Shown: positions 52,053 to 64,000 of the stretch, in pieces | Numbering within the stretch: the first letter of the stretch is position 1 | Layout of the letters: every line of letters starts with the position of its first letter | Origin: Batkoa obscura | Lineage: Eukaryota | Length of the DNA stretch: 64,000 nt | NCBI GenBank assembly: GCA_030770535.1 | Contig: JASVEC010000015.1 | Span: 62,001 to 126,000 of the forward strand | Direction of reading: 5' to 3' | Position numbers and translations under genes: made by a program | The notes under the pieces: generated by a model | Told to the model about the DNA's origin: nothing | Seen by the model: the letters and a program-made list of their open reading frames with translations, nothing else | Database searches by the model: none

Positions 52053-52982
52053 ATATAATGGGTATGAGGCACATAAAAGAAGTTCTAATCAAGTAAAGTT
52101 TTTTCTTAGGGATCCTTACTTTAGATTTAAAATAGTACCTATATAGCAACCTGAATACATGATACTTTTAAAACTACTCAAGATAAGAATCACTTTTTAA
52201 CATTTATTTTGATAGAAATTAAATATAAACAACAAAACAAAGTATCAAGGTACTATTTAATGTATGACAAAAAACGTCAATGTTTGATTTGATTGTAGTT
52301 GCCTTTAGTTTTACAGCCAACTTTTTGGTTTTGCTTAGTTTCATGACAATTATTGTTCAAAAATTTTTGTAGTTTGAGCAAATTTGGAACTGACATATAC
52401 CCAAGAGCCCTTTACGAAAATGCACTAATTTTTAATCGAAAATAAGAACTTGGCTAGCTAACAAACTGTTTACTGGCCCAAATCCCACTAAACTCGATTG
52501 GTTTTGGCTAATAGATACTTATCCAAAAAAGAGTAACCAATAAAAACCGAAGTAAAATCAACTTAAATCTATGAAAGCAATTAATTAAATCAAAATGTAA
52601 TAAATATATACACTTTCATTAGTTATAGAGACACAATAGTTAATTTATTAATACAAGTTTGTCATTTCGCAAACTTTAGAGGATTTTATTTCACTTTATA
52701 CAACTTACTTTTTTGAATTAGTGCTCATTAACTAAAATCTTCAAATTTGCTAAAACTTGACACAGTAAGCAGTTTATTAGCTAACCAAATCCTGAAAATA
52801 ATTTGTTGAATAATTTAAAAACAAAATTTACTGTTGTAATCAATAACTTTCTCATTTTTACGAAACAAGACTATTTATGGAAATACTCAATAGACCAAAG
52901 GGGGTATTTAGCAACCTGATTAACTGTTTCAAGGAATTTAAAAGTTATGTTTGAAGATAAGCAAATTAAAGATACAACATTT

Positions 52983-53080
52983 GGGGGTGTTTTTTTAACT
53001 TCATTACTTTTTCCATTTTTTAAGCGCTATTTAAGTGAAAAATTTGTTAGTAAGATTCTTAAACACAAAAATACATCCCC
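52983..53080 (-). mobile_element. MITE family A copy (reverse orientation)
   Basis: ATTT|GGGGGTGT...ACATCCCC|ATTT. Confidence 0.93.
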
Positions 53081-53597
53081 ATTTACTAATTTATATCTGA
53101 GGCTTTGACAGCCTTTAATAAAGTTGTTTTGGGCACAACCATAAGAAAATTTCTAATTTTTATAAATTTTATTGTAATATTCGAATGTTTTAAAATGTCT
53201 GCCATACTATTTGATCATAAGAGATGCTTTACATATTTACATTTTTACTTTGCGCTATGTATGTTAATACTTGTTGTTTATCAAGTATATCTTATTCAAA
53301 GATGACAACTAATCGTTTTCAGTTACGATAAAGAATATACATATTTGTATTATAAGTAATAGCTTCGAAAGCAGAGTTATGTTTTAAAAATAAGTATAAA
53401 GAGCTCAAATTTATAAGTAATAATAACTACATCCTAAAGTAAGATTATAACCTAACTAGTAACCTATTAAATTACAGCCTTTGCAATAATTCCTATAGCT
53501 ACTGAAAGTATATTTTTACTCATATCCAGAATATAGTTTAATAAAAGCTTGACTTTAAAAAAAATTATTTATTGTTCATTTAGGAATTACCAAAAAA

Positions 53598-54158
53598 TTA
53601 TACAGTTAAATAAAAAAGGGATAGACTGGAGATTGCGTATAGTGCATAGGTGTTTGCTGTAAAAGCCATTCCAAACAATGCTCCAGATGTTGGAGAAGCT
53701 TTTGATTGAGTAGCCTTACTTTTATCTCCAGTACCAGAGGCAGAATTAGAAGCAGAATTAGAGGCAGAGGCGGAACTACCATTAGATGAGTTGCCATTAA
53801 CAGAATTGCCATTGACTTGAGGAGTACCTGCACTGCAATTTTTTACACATTGACTTGTTTTGGTGGAATCACCAATAAAATCTTTATTTGTATAGCAAGC
53901 TGCAATACAGTTGTTTGTATCTTTAATACCACCAGCGGCTAGATCTGAGGAGCCAGAGCATTTAGCCTTGCATGATGTGTCTCTAGGGTCACATTTGTCT
54001 ACACATTGTCCGAATATGACGTTGGCTCCTGGTTCTTCATCAGAGTTATTGTTCGCATTTTTACTATTATCATCAGCTGGAGCAGCATTTATTGAAATAG
54101 AACAAAGGCAAATAAAAAGTATAAGATAACTATAAAATTGAATGGAGTTGAAACGCAT
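53598..54158 (-). CDS. Small Cys-rich secreted, probably GPI-anchored protein (copy 2)
   Basis: Paralog of 50476-50991: same Cys spacing, CKAKCSGSSDL, CYTNKDFI, SGAL followed by a hydrophobic tail. Confidence 0.85.
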   Translation of the reverse strand: MRFNSIQFYSYLILFICLCSISINAAPADDNSKNANNNSDEEPGANVIFGQCVDKCDPRDTSCKAKCSGSSDLAAGGIKDTNNCIAACYTNKDFIGDSTKTSQCVKNCSAGTPQVNGNSVNGNSSNGSSASASNSASNSASGTGDKSKATQSKASPTSGALFGMAFTANTYALYAISSLSLFYLTV

Positions 54159-55685
54159 TTTGAAATTAATATTAAAAAGTAAAGTAAGAAATAGGAGGAT
54201 GGCAGCTATTTATACTTTTCAAAACTGAGCTTTAGGTTGAAACCTGGGGTTATTTTTAAATTTTAAAGTTCTTAAAATACGAACCAATATGAAGGTTGTA
54301 TTTAAATACTCATTCGATATCCTTTTAATTCACTTTTTTAGTTGTTCTAATTAGTAAAAAATCTATTTAAACTTAGCTAAGGTTTTGTAAGAATAGACTC
54401 CTTTATAATCCATTTCATTGCATTTCAATGAGATGATGTTGTAATAGAATCATAAAATAGAATAAAACTTTGATTCTGCGGGGTACTGACAAACAGTTAA
54501 ATTGAGACTAAATTAGTTTATATCTTTTCTCATTTCTTCAAATTATGAGTTGTGACTATTAATATCTAATAATCACAAGTGACTATTATGAGTACTTTGA
54601 GTAAGTTTTGTAATGTAAGAAGTTAGACATGACTGGATTTATATTTTAAAATATGAGAAGTTTTGAGCTTAAATCATTTTAAGTTGAATTTAAAATTTGG
54701 AATATTTCAGTTATTATGATTTAAAGAGTTACTTAAAATGATTTATAATGGAAGAGAACACCACTAAACAATTGAAACAAAAATATCAGGAATTAAAAGC
54801 GAAGATAAAGCTAATGTAATTTAAACTATTTGAATTCATTTTATGACAGGTATCCTTTATAGAACTCATGATATTTTTATATATAACTTAATATATCATT
54901 TAAAAAAATTACAATTTTATCCCATCATAAATACTAATACAATATTAGATGCATTGGTGATAGTAAATTAAGGGACATTTTATTCTTAAATATAAAAATA
55001 CATCTACATATCTTTATAGTAGCCTAATATTCAATTTAGCTATGTAAAATTAAAATAAAATAAATTTCTTTGATCAAAATTGGTCAAAAGTACTCAGAAA
55101 TAGAATATTATTTGCTACTTAACTGTTACTTTCTTGTATTCTGTTACTTAGAAAAATAAACCATTAATTTCTTTAATTCTTTATATTTCTTAGTGTACTG
55201 TATTTTATAAAAGTTCATTAAAAAAGCTAACGTCTCGATATGAAAAACTAACTTTTGGTTATCATTTTCAATAAACCTCATAAATTACTTGAAACCTTTT
55301 ATTTTTTAACTAATAGTTTAAATGTATAACAATTATTTACGCTTTTTAATTAACATTCCAATAGTATATATCGTGAAATTAACATTGTCTTAAAATAAAC
55401 TAGAATTTCTTATTTAATAAACTACCTGCTCTAACAGTACAAGATACTTATAGAAAAATAATGACGATACTTGAATCATTTATTAAAGGGTAACCGTCTT
55501 ATTAAAATTCTATAAAGATAAACAAAAATAACTACTTTCAACGACATAAACAGTTGAAAAAGTAGTGTATACGGATATCTTTTCCGTTTTAATTTTTTCC
55601 CAACTTTTAAGAAGGTTAAAGTCCAACCAAATTATTAGATAAATATTTAAACAAATAAACTCGACCATATACATTTTATTTTGTC

Positions 55686-57124
55686 TTATTCTTCTTTTAA
55701 TGTAGCTGAAGTAATTTGCCCCTGAATGAAAAGTGGCATATAATTATGAAATCTAATGAACTGTACCAATATATAGACATTGCAAGACAACATAAAAATG
55801 GATGCAAAAAATAAAAATACAAAGGTATTTTTAGCTTCAAATTCTAAATAATATGCTGGTAAAAGCCATAAGACCTAATTCTTATCAGCTTTCTATTTCA
55901 TTATTATTATTATTATTAATTACCTGCGATAAGACCCATAACAACGTTATTTTGATCCCTTGATTAAAAAATGGCATCCTTGTACTTGGTAAAACTAAAG
56001 GGAGGAGACCTAAATACCACATAAAGTACTAAAAAAAATAAAAAAAGGGATTAGGTTCTAATCAAATGAATTACCTGGGAAGTACAAACTTTATTAAAAG
56101 CAACAAACGAAATGGTTTGTAAAAAAATAGCAAAAAACAAGTCTTTAGAATATAAAAATCCCAAGTAAATGGTGACTAAAAATTGGGGTAGGAACGAACA
56201 TAAGGCTATCATATTTGTTGGTATATAATTAGATTGTGAACTTAAATAAATTGGTAAAAACCAAAAAGAAAAATTGTGTCGATGATCTTTTCGGGTTACA
56301 TGATATAAGAAGGTATGCTCAATAAATTCATCATAATAAATAAAATAAAATATCAAATTCAATGTTAAAAAGGTAGCTCCTGAATAAATGAAAAATAAAA
56401 ATCTAGTTTTTGTAAAAAAATGGGAAAGATTTGGAATGGTATTGTTAACGAAGGATTCTAGCCATATTGTTATACCTTTGATTAAACTAACACCTGAGTT
56501 AGGTTGGCTTGGATTGATTGTTGGTCGCTTACCCATCCTTTTTAAATAATTCCTTTGTTTTGGATAATGATCATTTAAAAAATATAGTAGTGGAATTGAA
56601 TAAATGATTGGATAAATTTTGAAATGCACAGCTAAACCATATAAGATAGAACCCAAAAAGAAACGATTTTTTAAAAAGGCAAATACAAAAGCCAATATTA
56701 TGCAAATTAACAGTGATTCTGCATTACCTCTTGTTGATATATTGGCTACAATCGGATTATATAACCAAAATAAACTTACGATTTTAATGTTTGATTTTGT
56801 TTCTACTTTTCTTAATTTTAAAATCTCATACATAAAATAGCCTGATAATAGATCCCCTATTACAAACAATACTTTACCAAATGACTTAAACAAATAAATA
56901 TTTGGTGTCAATAAAAATGCTAATAATGGTGTATATCTATAGGTACTTCTTAGATATGGACTTTTACCTTGAGTTACGAACCTTGCTGCATCTGTAAATA
57001 CTTCATAATCTATATCTGTATATTTTATTAATGATATCTTGTCCATATATTCTCCATACACTAATAGTACTATCCTTATTATCAAGGCTATTAATAAACT
57101 CCGTTGAATTGATTTGAATAGCAT
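55686..57124 (-). CDS. GPI14: GPI mannosyltransferase I, Gpi14/PIG-M; 3 exons
   Basis: KYTDIDYEVFTDAA, SPYLRSTYRYTPLLA, STRGNAES, HFKIYPIIY, RKDHRHNFS, FNKVCTSQ / YFMWYL... / ...LEFEAKNTF...; ATG at 57124, stop at 55686. Confidence 0.93.
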
Positions 57125-57651
57125 CTTAAAAAGTGATTGCGTCAAAATTTTCAATTGAGTTTATAAATTCAAGTTCCAGATTTTGATTGAAAAATTCCTA
57201 TAAAATAAATTGATCAATTTTTAAAGATTTGGTTTAAAAATAACATTTGTTTAGTTTACTATTATAATATATTTGATTCTGAGAGCAAAACTATATTGTT
57301 GAAATAAAAAGACTACTAGTAAAATGACGGTAAAGTAACTACAATTAATTATATATTTCTTTATAATAAAATTTGGTATTTGGCTTGCAAAGCGTGAATT
57401 AGTTATGAAAAAATCTTATACTTCTAAATTTTTATCTTGTAAAATAAAATACAAATAATGGAAACTGGAAGCCGCTCTGCCAAATGCAAGCAGTACTAAT
57501 TAACATATTTTTCATTATATTCTCCAGTTGTAACAAAGTCATGAATTATGAGATCTTATTAAAATTATTTCTTAATAAAACTATACTTTAAATACCAAGC
57601 ATTCCTCTTGAATATATAAAAAATAGCTAATTAGTAAATTGAATATCAAGT

Positions 57652-57751
57652 GGGGATATATTTCTGTATTTAAGAATTTTACTAACACTTTTTTCACTCA
57701 AATAATGCTTAAGAGATGGAAAAAGTGATGAAGCCAAAAAAAAACATCCCC
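57652..57751 (+). mobile_element. MITE family A copy
   Basis: AAGT|GGGGATAT...ACATCCCC|AAAT. Confidence 0.9.
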
Positions 57752-57826
57752 AAATGTTAAAAAGACTAAGGGAGTTTATTTTAATGGCTTTTTATAAATT
57801 CATCTAAGTCAGTATCGGGATTTCTT

Positions 57827-59190
57827 TTAATCCTTTATAAGAACATTGGTTTCCATTAAATGGAACAGACGTAATAAGGAAAAAGGAGGAATAAACCTAT
57901 AAATCATTTCTCTGTCTATTTCCATAAGCTCTAATCTCTTTACAACTAATGTTTTGAGGTCTGTGAAAAGGTGTAAAAAACAAATAAAATATTTGATTGG
58001 AAAAAAAAGATTAATTTCAATCCGCCTTATAGACTTATATTCAATTGAGTTGTACATTTCTTTATGATAAGCATCTTATTATTCGCTGTAAATATTCTTG
58101 TTGTTCCTTGCATATTTATTGTATGTCGAATACTTATTAAACGTGTCATAGCAGTTAAACGCTTGGTTTTTATTAGTTATTGATTAAATATCGAATAACT
58201 CACCAAAACCGAACTTTAATTTATCAAAATAAATGTGCTCAACATTTGGTATCAAAGAGGTTGCGCTTAATAATCCTCCTTTTAAATTGTTAGGATGTAT
58301 TTCTTTCAAGGTCAGCAGGCTTATCTTTTTCTTTAATTGAACAACTTAGAATGGGATAATCCCAAGCAATTATATTAATATCTTCAAGGATTCCCAAATT
58401 ATTATATTTGTAGCTATAAGGTCCTTCAGAAAAGTTCATTAACTTTAGACTCTTTATTATATTTAGATTGCCAAAGCATTTGGTGATGTCATAATCAAGA
58501 TTTCCTTCAATTTTAAATTTTAAATTGAAAGCAAAGTTTGTACTAAAATTAACTCTAGTGGATCCAAAATAACTTGAAGCTTATAATTGTGATTCTTTCA
58601 ATTCATTAAGCTTTGTTTTAATAGTATCTAGTTCACTGAGATCCACATCCCTCATGATATCATTTTCAACGACTTTAGCTTACTTAGATTTAAACAACTG
58701 AAAATTTCTTTAATTGGCATATAGCACCCCCTATACCCTAATATCTCTATTTGATTTAAGTAGAAATTAACTATTTATGATAGCAGTGTATATTTGAGAC
58801 AGTACGGCTTCAGTTTTCTCAATTTTTTAGATTTAATATTCGTTTTATTCATCATTATCACAAGTATACTTGGTATAGTTTCCATAGTATGAATTTGACG
58901 TTTAGACAATAACTTAAATACCCAATAGTTTCATTATCTCCATTTATGCTTATATGATTCATCGGTATTTTTTTATCTAATAAACTTTTCTTGATAGATG
59001 TTGTATTTTTTATTTTGGATTTGGAAAAACTAGAATATCCTTCGAATTGATGTTTATTATAAATTGAATAAGTTGAGCTGTATTTGATAGCTTTACATGT
59101 AATATTAAACAAGTATTTGCTTAAAAAATAGACTAAATAACTCGAATGGGCATAATTGCTCAAATATCTCCTCTGATAAAATGTCATATG
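57827..59190 (-). pseudogene. Degraded LRR (F-box/RNI-like) gene
   Basis: Minus-strand pieces FSCLNLSKLKSLKM*, KLNELKESQL*, FGNLNIIKSLKLMNF, LGILEDINI and LIPNVEHIYF show LxxLxxLxL periodicity but are broken by stops and frameshifts; boundaries approximate. Confidence 0.45.
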
Positions 59191-60642
59191 TTTGCTTAAA
59201 CTTTACTAGCATTTTAAGATAGTGTTAATGGTAAAAAAAGGGTTCGGTTTTTAAATAATAAATCGTTTTGCTAAAAAACACTCCTTTTCTCCTAGACTAA
59301 ATTATAATTACCATTCTCATGCAAAAAGTTTAGTGTATATCATTTCTATAAAATAAATTACTGTTAAACTAAATGATAATAATATTCGACTACAATTTTT
59401 AGAGGTCATCTAAGTTTTCAACTGTTTTGCTTTTGAAAACTCAAATTCATGAAAACTGAGTAATGAGTACTAATTAGGAGCTATGGCTAAAGGAGCAAGA
59501 AAGTGATTGATTGAAATGTAAGAAGGAGTAATAATATTTTATCTCCAACCTTCAGAGATGATAAGTAGCAATAATACCAGTCTTTTATATGTAGCTATTG
59601 AGATAATATAAAGATATATAGATCAGTAGTAAAACCTATTGCTTAGGCAATATGATAAAATTAAGTATAAATCTTATGTCATGGTTTACTGTATTGTTAA
59701 TCTCAAATCTGTAAGGTAAACTTTCCGTCATTATAATTCGTTTATTTTTTGAAATGAGAAGGAAGCTCTGAGGGTTAATATTTATGCTTCCTATATAAAC
59801 TTTAAGTTTTATAGTCGAATATGGAATATAAATTTGTCTATATAGTGCTAGATTCGGCTTTAGATCAGAATACAAGATAAAGGTTAAAATAGTCATTGAA
59901 TAAAAATACTTAATCTTTCAAGATTGTTATAGAAAGTGTAATTTCTGCCAAAATAACTCTGAATACTAAAACTCTATAAGATTCTTCTTTTTACAGTTTT
60001 TAAAAACAAAACTTTGATTTAAATAACATGTTTTAAAGTTAAAACAAAGATGTTGCTTTGATGAATTTATTTTGATGATAGTTATCTGTTTAGCTTATTA
60101 ATTGAAAGCTTTGAGTAATAGCACTTGTTTACAATTATAGCTTGAAATACTTAACTATAAGTTACAATGATTTTGATTATTAATGCTAAAATTTTATATA
60201 AAATTTGAGGTATTACTAGTAAAAATAAAAAATAAGAAACAAATTAAGCGTAAAATCATAAGCCTAAGGGATATTGGACTAATTAAATATATCAAAGGCA
60301 TCAGTTATTAAAACAAGAAAATATGTAGCTTACCAATACAGTGGCGTTCCAAAATTTCAAAATGTACAACTAATTTATCATATCAGCTTTTATTAGAGTT
60401 AGACACAACACTTTATGAAATTACCGGAAAACAGGAGTCACATGGGATTAGATTTTCAAGCAATTTAGTAATTAAGTCTACGTTGTTTAAAATTTTGGGT
60501 TTATCAATATGCAACTAGGGTAGAACTTTTTTTTGATTTTATTGGCTTATTTAGGAGGGATACTTCCAAATAAGATTTTTTAGAATTTTAAGTGTTTAAT
60601 CACTTTTTAAGATTATTTTGTTAACAAAAATCACATTTTAAA

Positions 60643-63600
60643 ATGGATCAAATAGAAGTACTACTATTGCATTTAGTTTAAAACCATGTTAACTTTGGTT
60701 TTTTAGGCTCTTTTTGATTTTAATTCACCTTTTAATCCGAACTTGTTGGATGAAATTGTTAATAAAGCTTATACTGGGCGTGGTATAGAAGTAAGCTAGT
60801 TTGCGATTAGAATTCTATAACTAACGTTTTTAAAGCAAAAAAACTGTATGGAAGCCTTAAACAGGTATCAACATCACCCAGAAGCTTGGAATTTAGTCGA
60901 TCAAATTCTCGAAAGATGTCAACTTCCTCAAACAAAGGTATATTCTTCATACATCTTCATTTGTTTTTCTTAATAGGTTTAGTTTATCGGTTTGGCAATC
61001 CTAGAAAAATTTATCCAAACTCGTTGGAAGTCTATTAATCCATCTCAAAAAGAAGGTTTGCTATTCCCGTCTATTTTAATATACATATTAATTTTTTGTT
61101 AAGCAATCAAAAAGTTTGCTATTAATCTTTTGCTCAAAGACGCTTCTACTGAAGCACAATTACAAGCTCATAAACTTTATCTCAAAAAGTTAAATTTAAC
61201 TATTGTTGAAGTAATCTCTTAGAGCATTATTATTATCATTATACTAATAACTTTATTAGTTGCTTAAGCAAGAGTGGCCTCACAATTGGCCAACTTTTAT
61301 TCCAGATCTCATTACTTCCAGTCGAGGAAATTTATCAATTTGTGAAAACAATATGCAAATTCTTAGATATTTAAGGTAGATTATAAGCATAATATAAGAT
61401 TTAATTTAATACAAATTTAGTGAAGAGATTTATGATTTTTCTGAGGAAAGTTTAACTCAAAATAAAATAAGATATTTGAAACACCAAATGGAAGAAGAGT
61501 TTCAACAAGTCTTCCAGTTATGTCTTGATGTATTAGCTAAAGCTCAAACCCCTGGTTTAGTAAATTCAACTTTAGAAACCCTTTCACGTTTCTTGAATTG
61601 GATTCCACTTGATTTTGTGTTCAATTCGGATCTTTTGAATATTTTAGTTAGCAGAGTAAGTTTTTTTAAATTTAAGAGACATCAACTTATTTTTTTAGTT
61701 CCTTCCTGAAGTACAATTTAGAAATTTAACTCTCAAATGTATTACTCAAGTCGTTTGTCAACCTGCCCCGCCTGTCCATAGCGAGAAATTACTTTTATTA
61801 GTAAATCTAGTATTTGAAGGTCTTAAATCATTGATACCTAGTCATATTGGTAAACTACCTCAATTAGTGTATCATATTTTTTAACACTTCATTTAGATCT
61901 TGCTGCCGTATACGATGGTCTTCCTAATAATGATCAAGAGTATGTTCAAAATGTTACAATGTTTTTTACAGGATTTTTCGAAAAGCATTTATTGGTAATT
62001 TATATATATATTATTTTTATTTTCTTAATACCTGTTATAGATGGCTGAGCAGCTTGGTAACAAAGATACACTTTTGGAGATACACTCTTATTTAGTGAGA
62101 ATAACTTTGGTTGACGAAAGAGAGCTTTTTAAGATCTGTCTTGAGTACTGGCATCTTTTGGTAATAACTCATAAATTTGTAGTACAATTTCTTATTTTTT
62201 TAGCTTACTGGGTTATTCAACGAAATGAAAAACGTTCAAGCCCCTGATGCACCTTTACTTAACCTTGGTACCGAAGTAGGTGGCAACGGAGATGTCCCTA
62301 ACAAAACCTTAAGAAAAGATATCTATGCAATGACTATTCCAGCTCTTAGAAGAGCTATGATTGAAACAATGGTTAAGCCTGAAGAAGTAATTTAGATTTT
62401 ATCATTTTATAGTATATCCTAATATTTAAAAGGTCCTTATTATTGAAAATGAATACGGTGAAGTTGTTCGTGAGACCCAGAAAGAAACTGACACTATCGC
62501 TTTATATAAAACCATGCGTGAATGTTTAGTTTACTTGACTCATTTAGATGTTGTAGATACAGAACAAGTGATGCTAAGCAGTTTACACTTTATGGTAAGA
62601 TAATTATAATTAAACTTAAGAAATAGAGTAGTAATATAATTTAGTTTAATGAAGGATGTTGGGATAAGACCAAATTAAATAAATTATGTTGGTCTATTGG
62701 ATCCATCTCTGGGGCTATGCGTAATTATTTTAATATTTAATAGAATTAAAGTTTTAATTTATCTAGATTCTGAAATGGAGAAAAAGTTTTTAGTGAGCGT
62801 AGTTAGAGATTTATTGACTTTATGTGAAGTCAAAAAAGGAAAAGATAACAAGGCAATTGTTGCATCAAATATTATGTATACAGTTGGTCAATATCCTAGG
62901 TTTTTACGTAATCATTGGAAGTTTTTAAGAACCGTTGTAAATAAATTATTTGAATTTATGCACGAGTCACATGAAGGTAATGATTAAAATGAAATTCATC
63001 TAATTTGTTTTAACTCTTTTTAGGTGTCCAAGACATGGCTTGTGATACTTTCGACACGGTTGCTCAATCTTGTAAAAAATATTTTGTTGTGTCTCACCCT
63101 CCTGATGATCAGATCCCATATATTCATAAAATAATTAATGATTTGCCAAGAATAATTGATGAATTAACACCTGTACAAAGAGTATCTGTTTATGAATCAA
63201 TTGGCCATATGATCGCTTCCGATGAGAACATCGAGAACCAAGTAGCGATGATAGAAGCACTCTTAAATGATACAAATCAAATAGTAATGATACTTTTATT
63301 ATAATCAAATTTGAACTAAATGTTAAAATTAGTGGGTACAATTAATCACTGACGCTAACATCTTGGAAGACAATGAAAAAGTAAAAAATATGGGTTATTG
63401 TTTGAAAACTTTTTCTGCTGTATGTAAATCTGTAGGCCCAGGGTTCAGCCGTCAATTATCTATACTTTTCCCCAGTCTTTTAAATATCTATAAAACATGT
63501 TCTCGACTTATTGACGTGTGTATTGATTCACAAGGTAATTTAGTAGTATTTGTTAGATGATCCTAATGCATTTTTAGGCGCTGTTGCTGTAAGAACTCCA

Positions 63601-64000
63601 AAAGTTAAAAATCTCAGAATCGTTAGAAAAGAAACATTGATCCTTTTAGATGTCTACATTAGCAATTCAACCAATAAGGAATTTGTTCTCCTAGAACTTG
63701 TTCCTAATCTTATTGATACTTATCTTTTAAGTTATCGGGAAAGTAATCCTTTATCTAAAGAACCAGAAGTTCTTGATCTTTTTGGTTCTTGTGCTGAGCA
63801 ATTAGGGGTAAGGTTATTATTTATAGTGATTGCTTGTATTTATATGCCTTTTAGAGTGCTTTGAATGGCAAAGTAGCAGATATCTTTAATCATATCCTTC
63901 AATGTACAATAGAAATGATTAGTCATGAGCTTACTAATTATCCTGAGATCAGAATCTCATTTTATAAACTCCTTCATAAACTTATTACCTATTGCTTTGA
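60643..64000 (+). CDS. CRM1: Exportin-1 / CRM1 (multi-exon, runs off right edge)
   Basis: [24 protein letters not shown]..., [83 protein letters not shown]. Confidence 0.95.

Noticed and set aside
52270..52930. Slightly GC-richer coding-like DNA between the Cys-rich paralogs
   Set aside because: No sustained reading frame or recognisable motif found.
56051..57154. ORF-track boundaries for GPI14
   Set aside because: The track starts at a TTG and reads into intron 1; the spliced model 55686-57124 fits PIG-M better.

Overview
Very AT-rich eukaryotic DNA with short (~40-60 nt) GT-AG introns. The gene content fits an early-diverging fungus, plausibly Entomophthoromycotina (Conidiobolus/Neoconidiobolus-like); this is inference only. 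Five intronless GH18 chitinase genes are interleaved with six copies of an intronless class-A-like 7TM receptor family (one partial at the left edge, one frameshifted). Other genes: an HMT1/ABCB6-type ABC transporter, a complex I NUZM/NDUFA7-type subunit, an SLC35F-like transporter, an SreA/Fep1-type iron GATA repressor, an Och1-like GT32, two duplicated Cys-rich GPI-type proteins, GPI14/PIG-M, and CRM1 (partial at the right edge). Read directly from the DNA and absent from the ORF track: (1) a complete 2.44-kb DDD transposon (Sola2-like) with imperfect 22-bp TIRs and an ATTT TSD; (2) about 17 full-length copies of a ~99-bp quasi-palindromic MITE with the same GGGGnTGT termini and 4-bp TSDs; (3) six perfect ATCWGATAA sites in the promoter of the SreA-type gene itself; (4) a multi-exon RNF212/Zip3-like meiotic RING gene; (5) patchwork gene-conversion tracts between chitinase paralogs; (6) a conserved upstream motif in front of five receptor copies.
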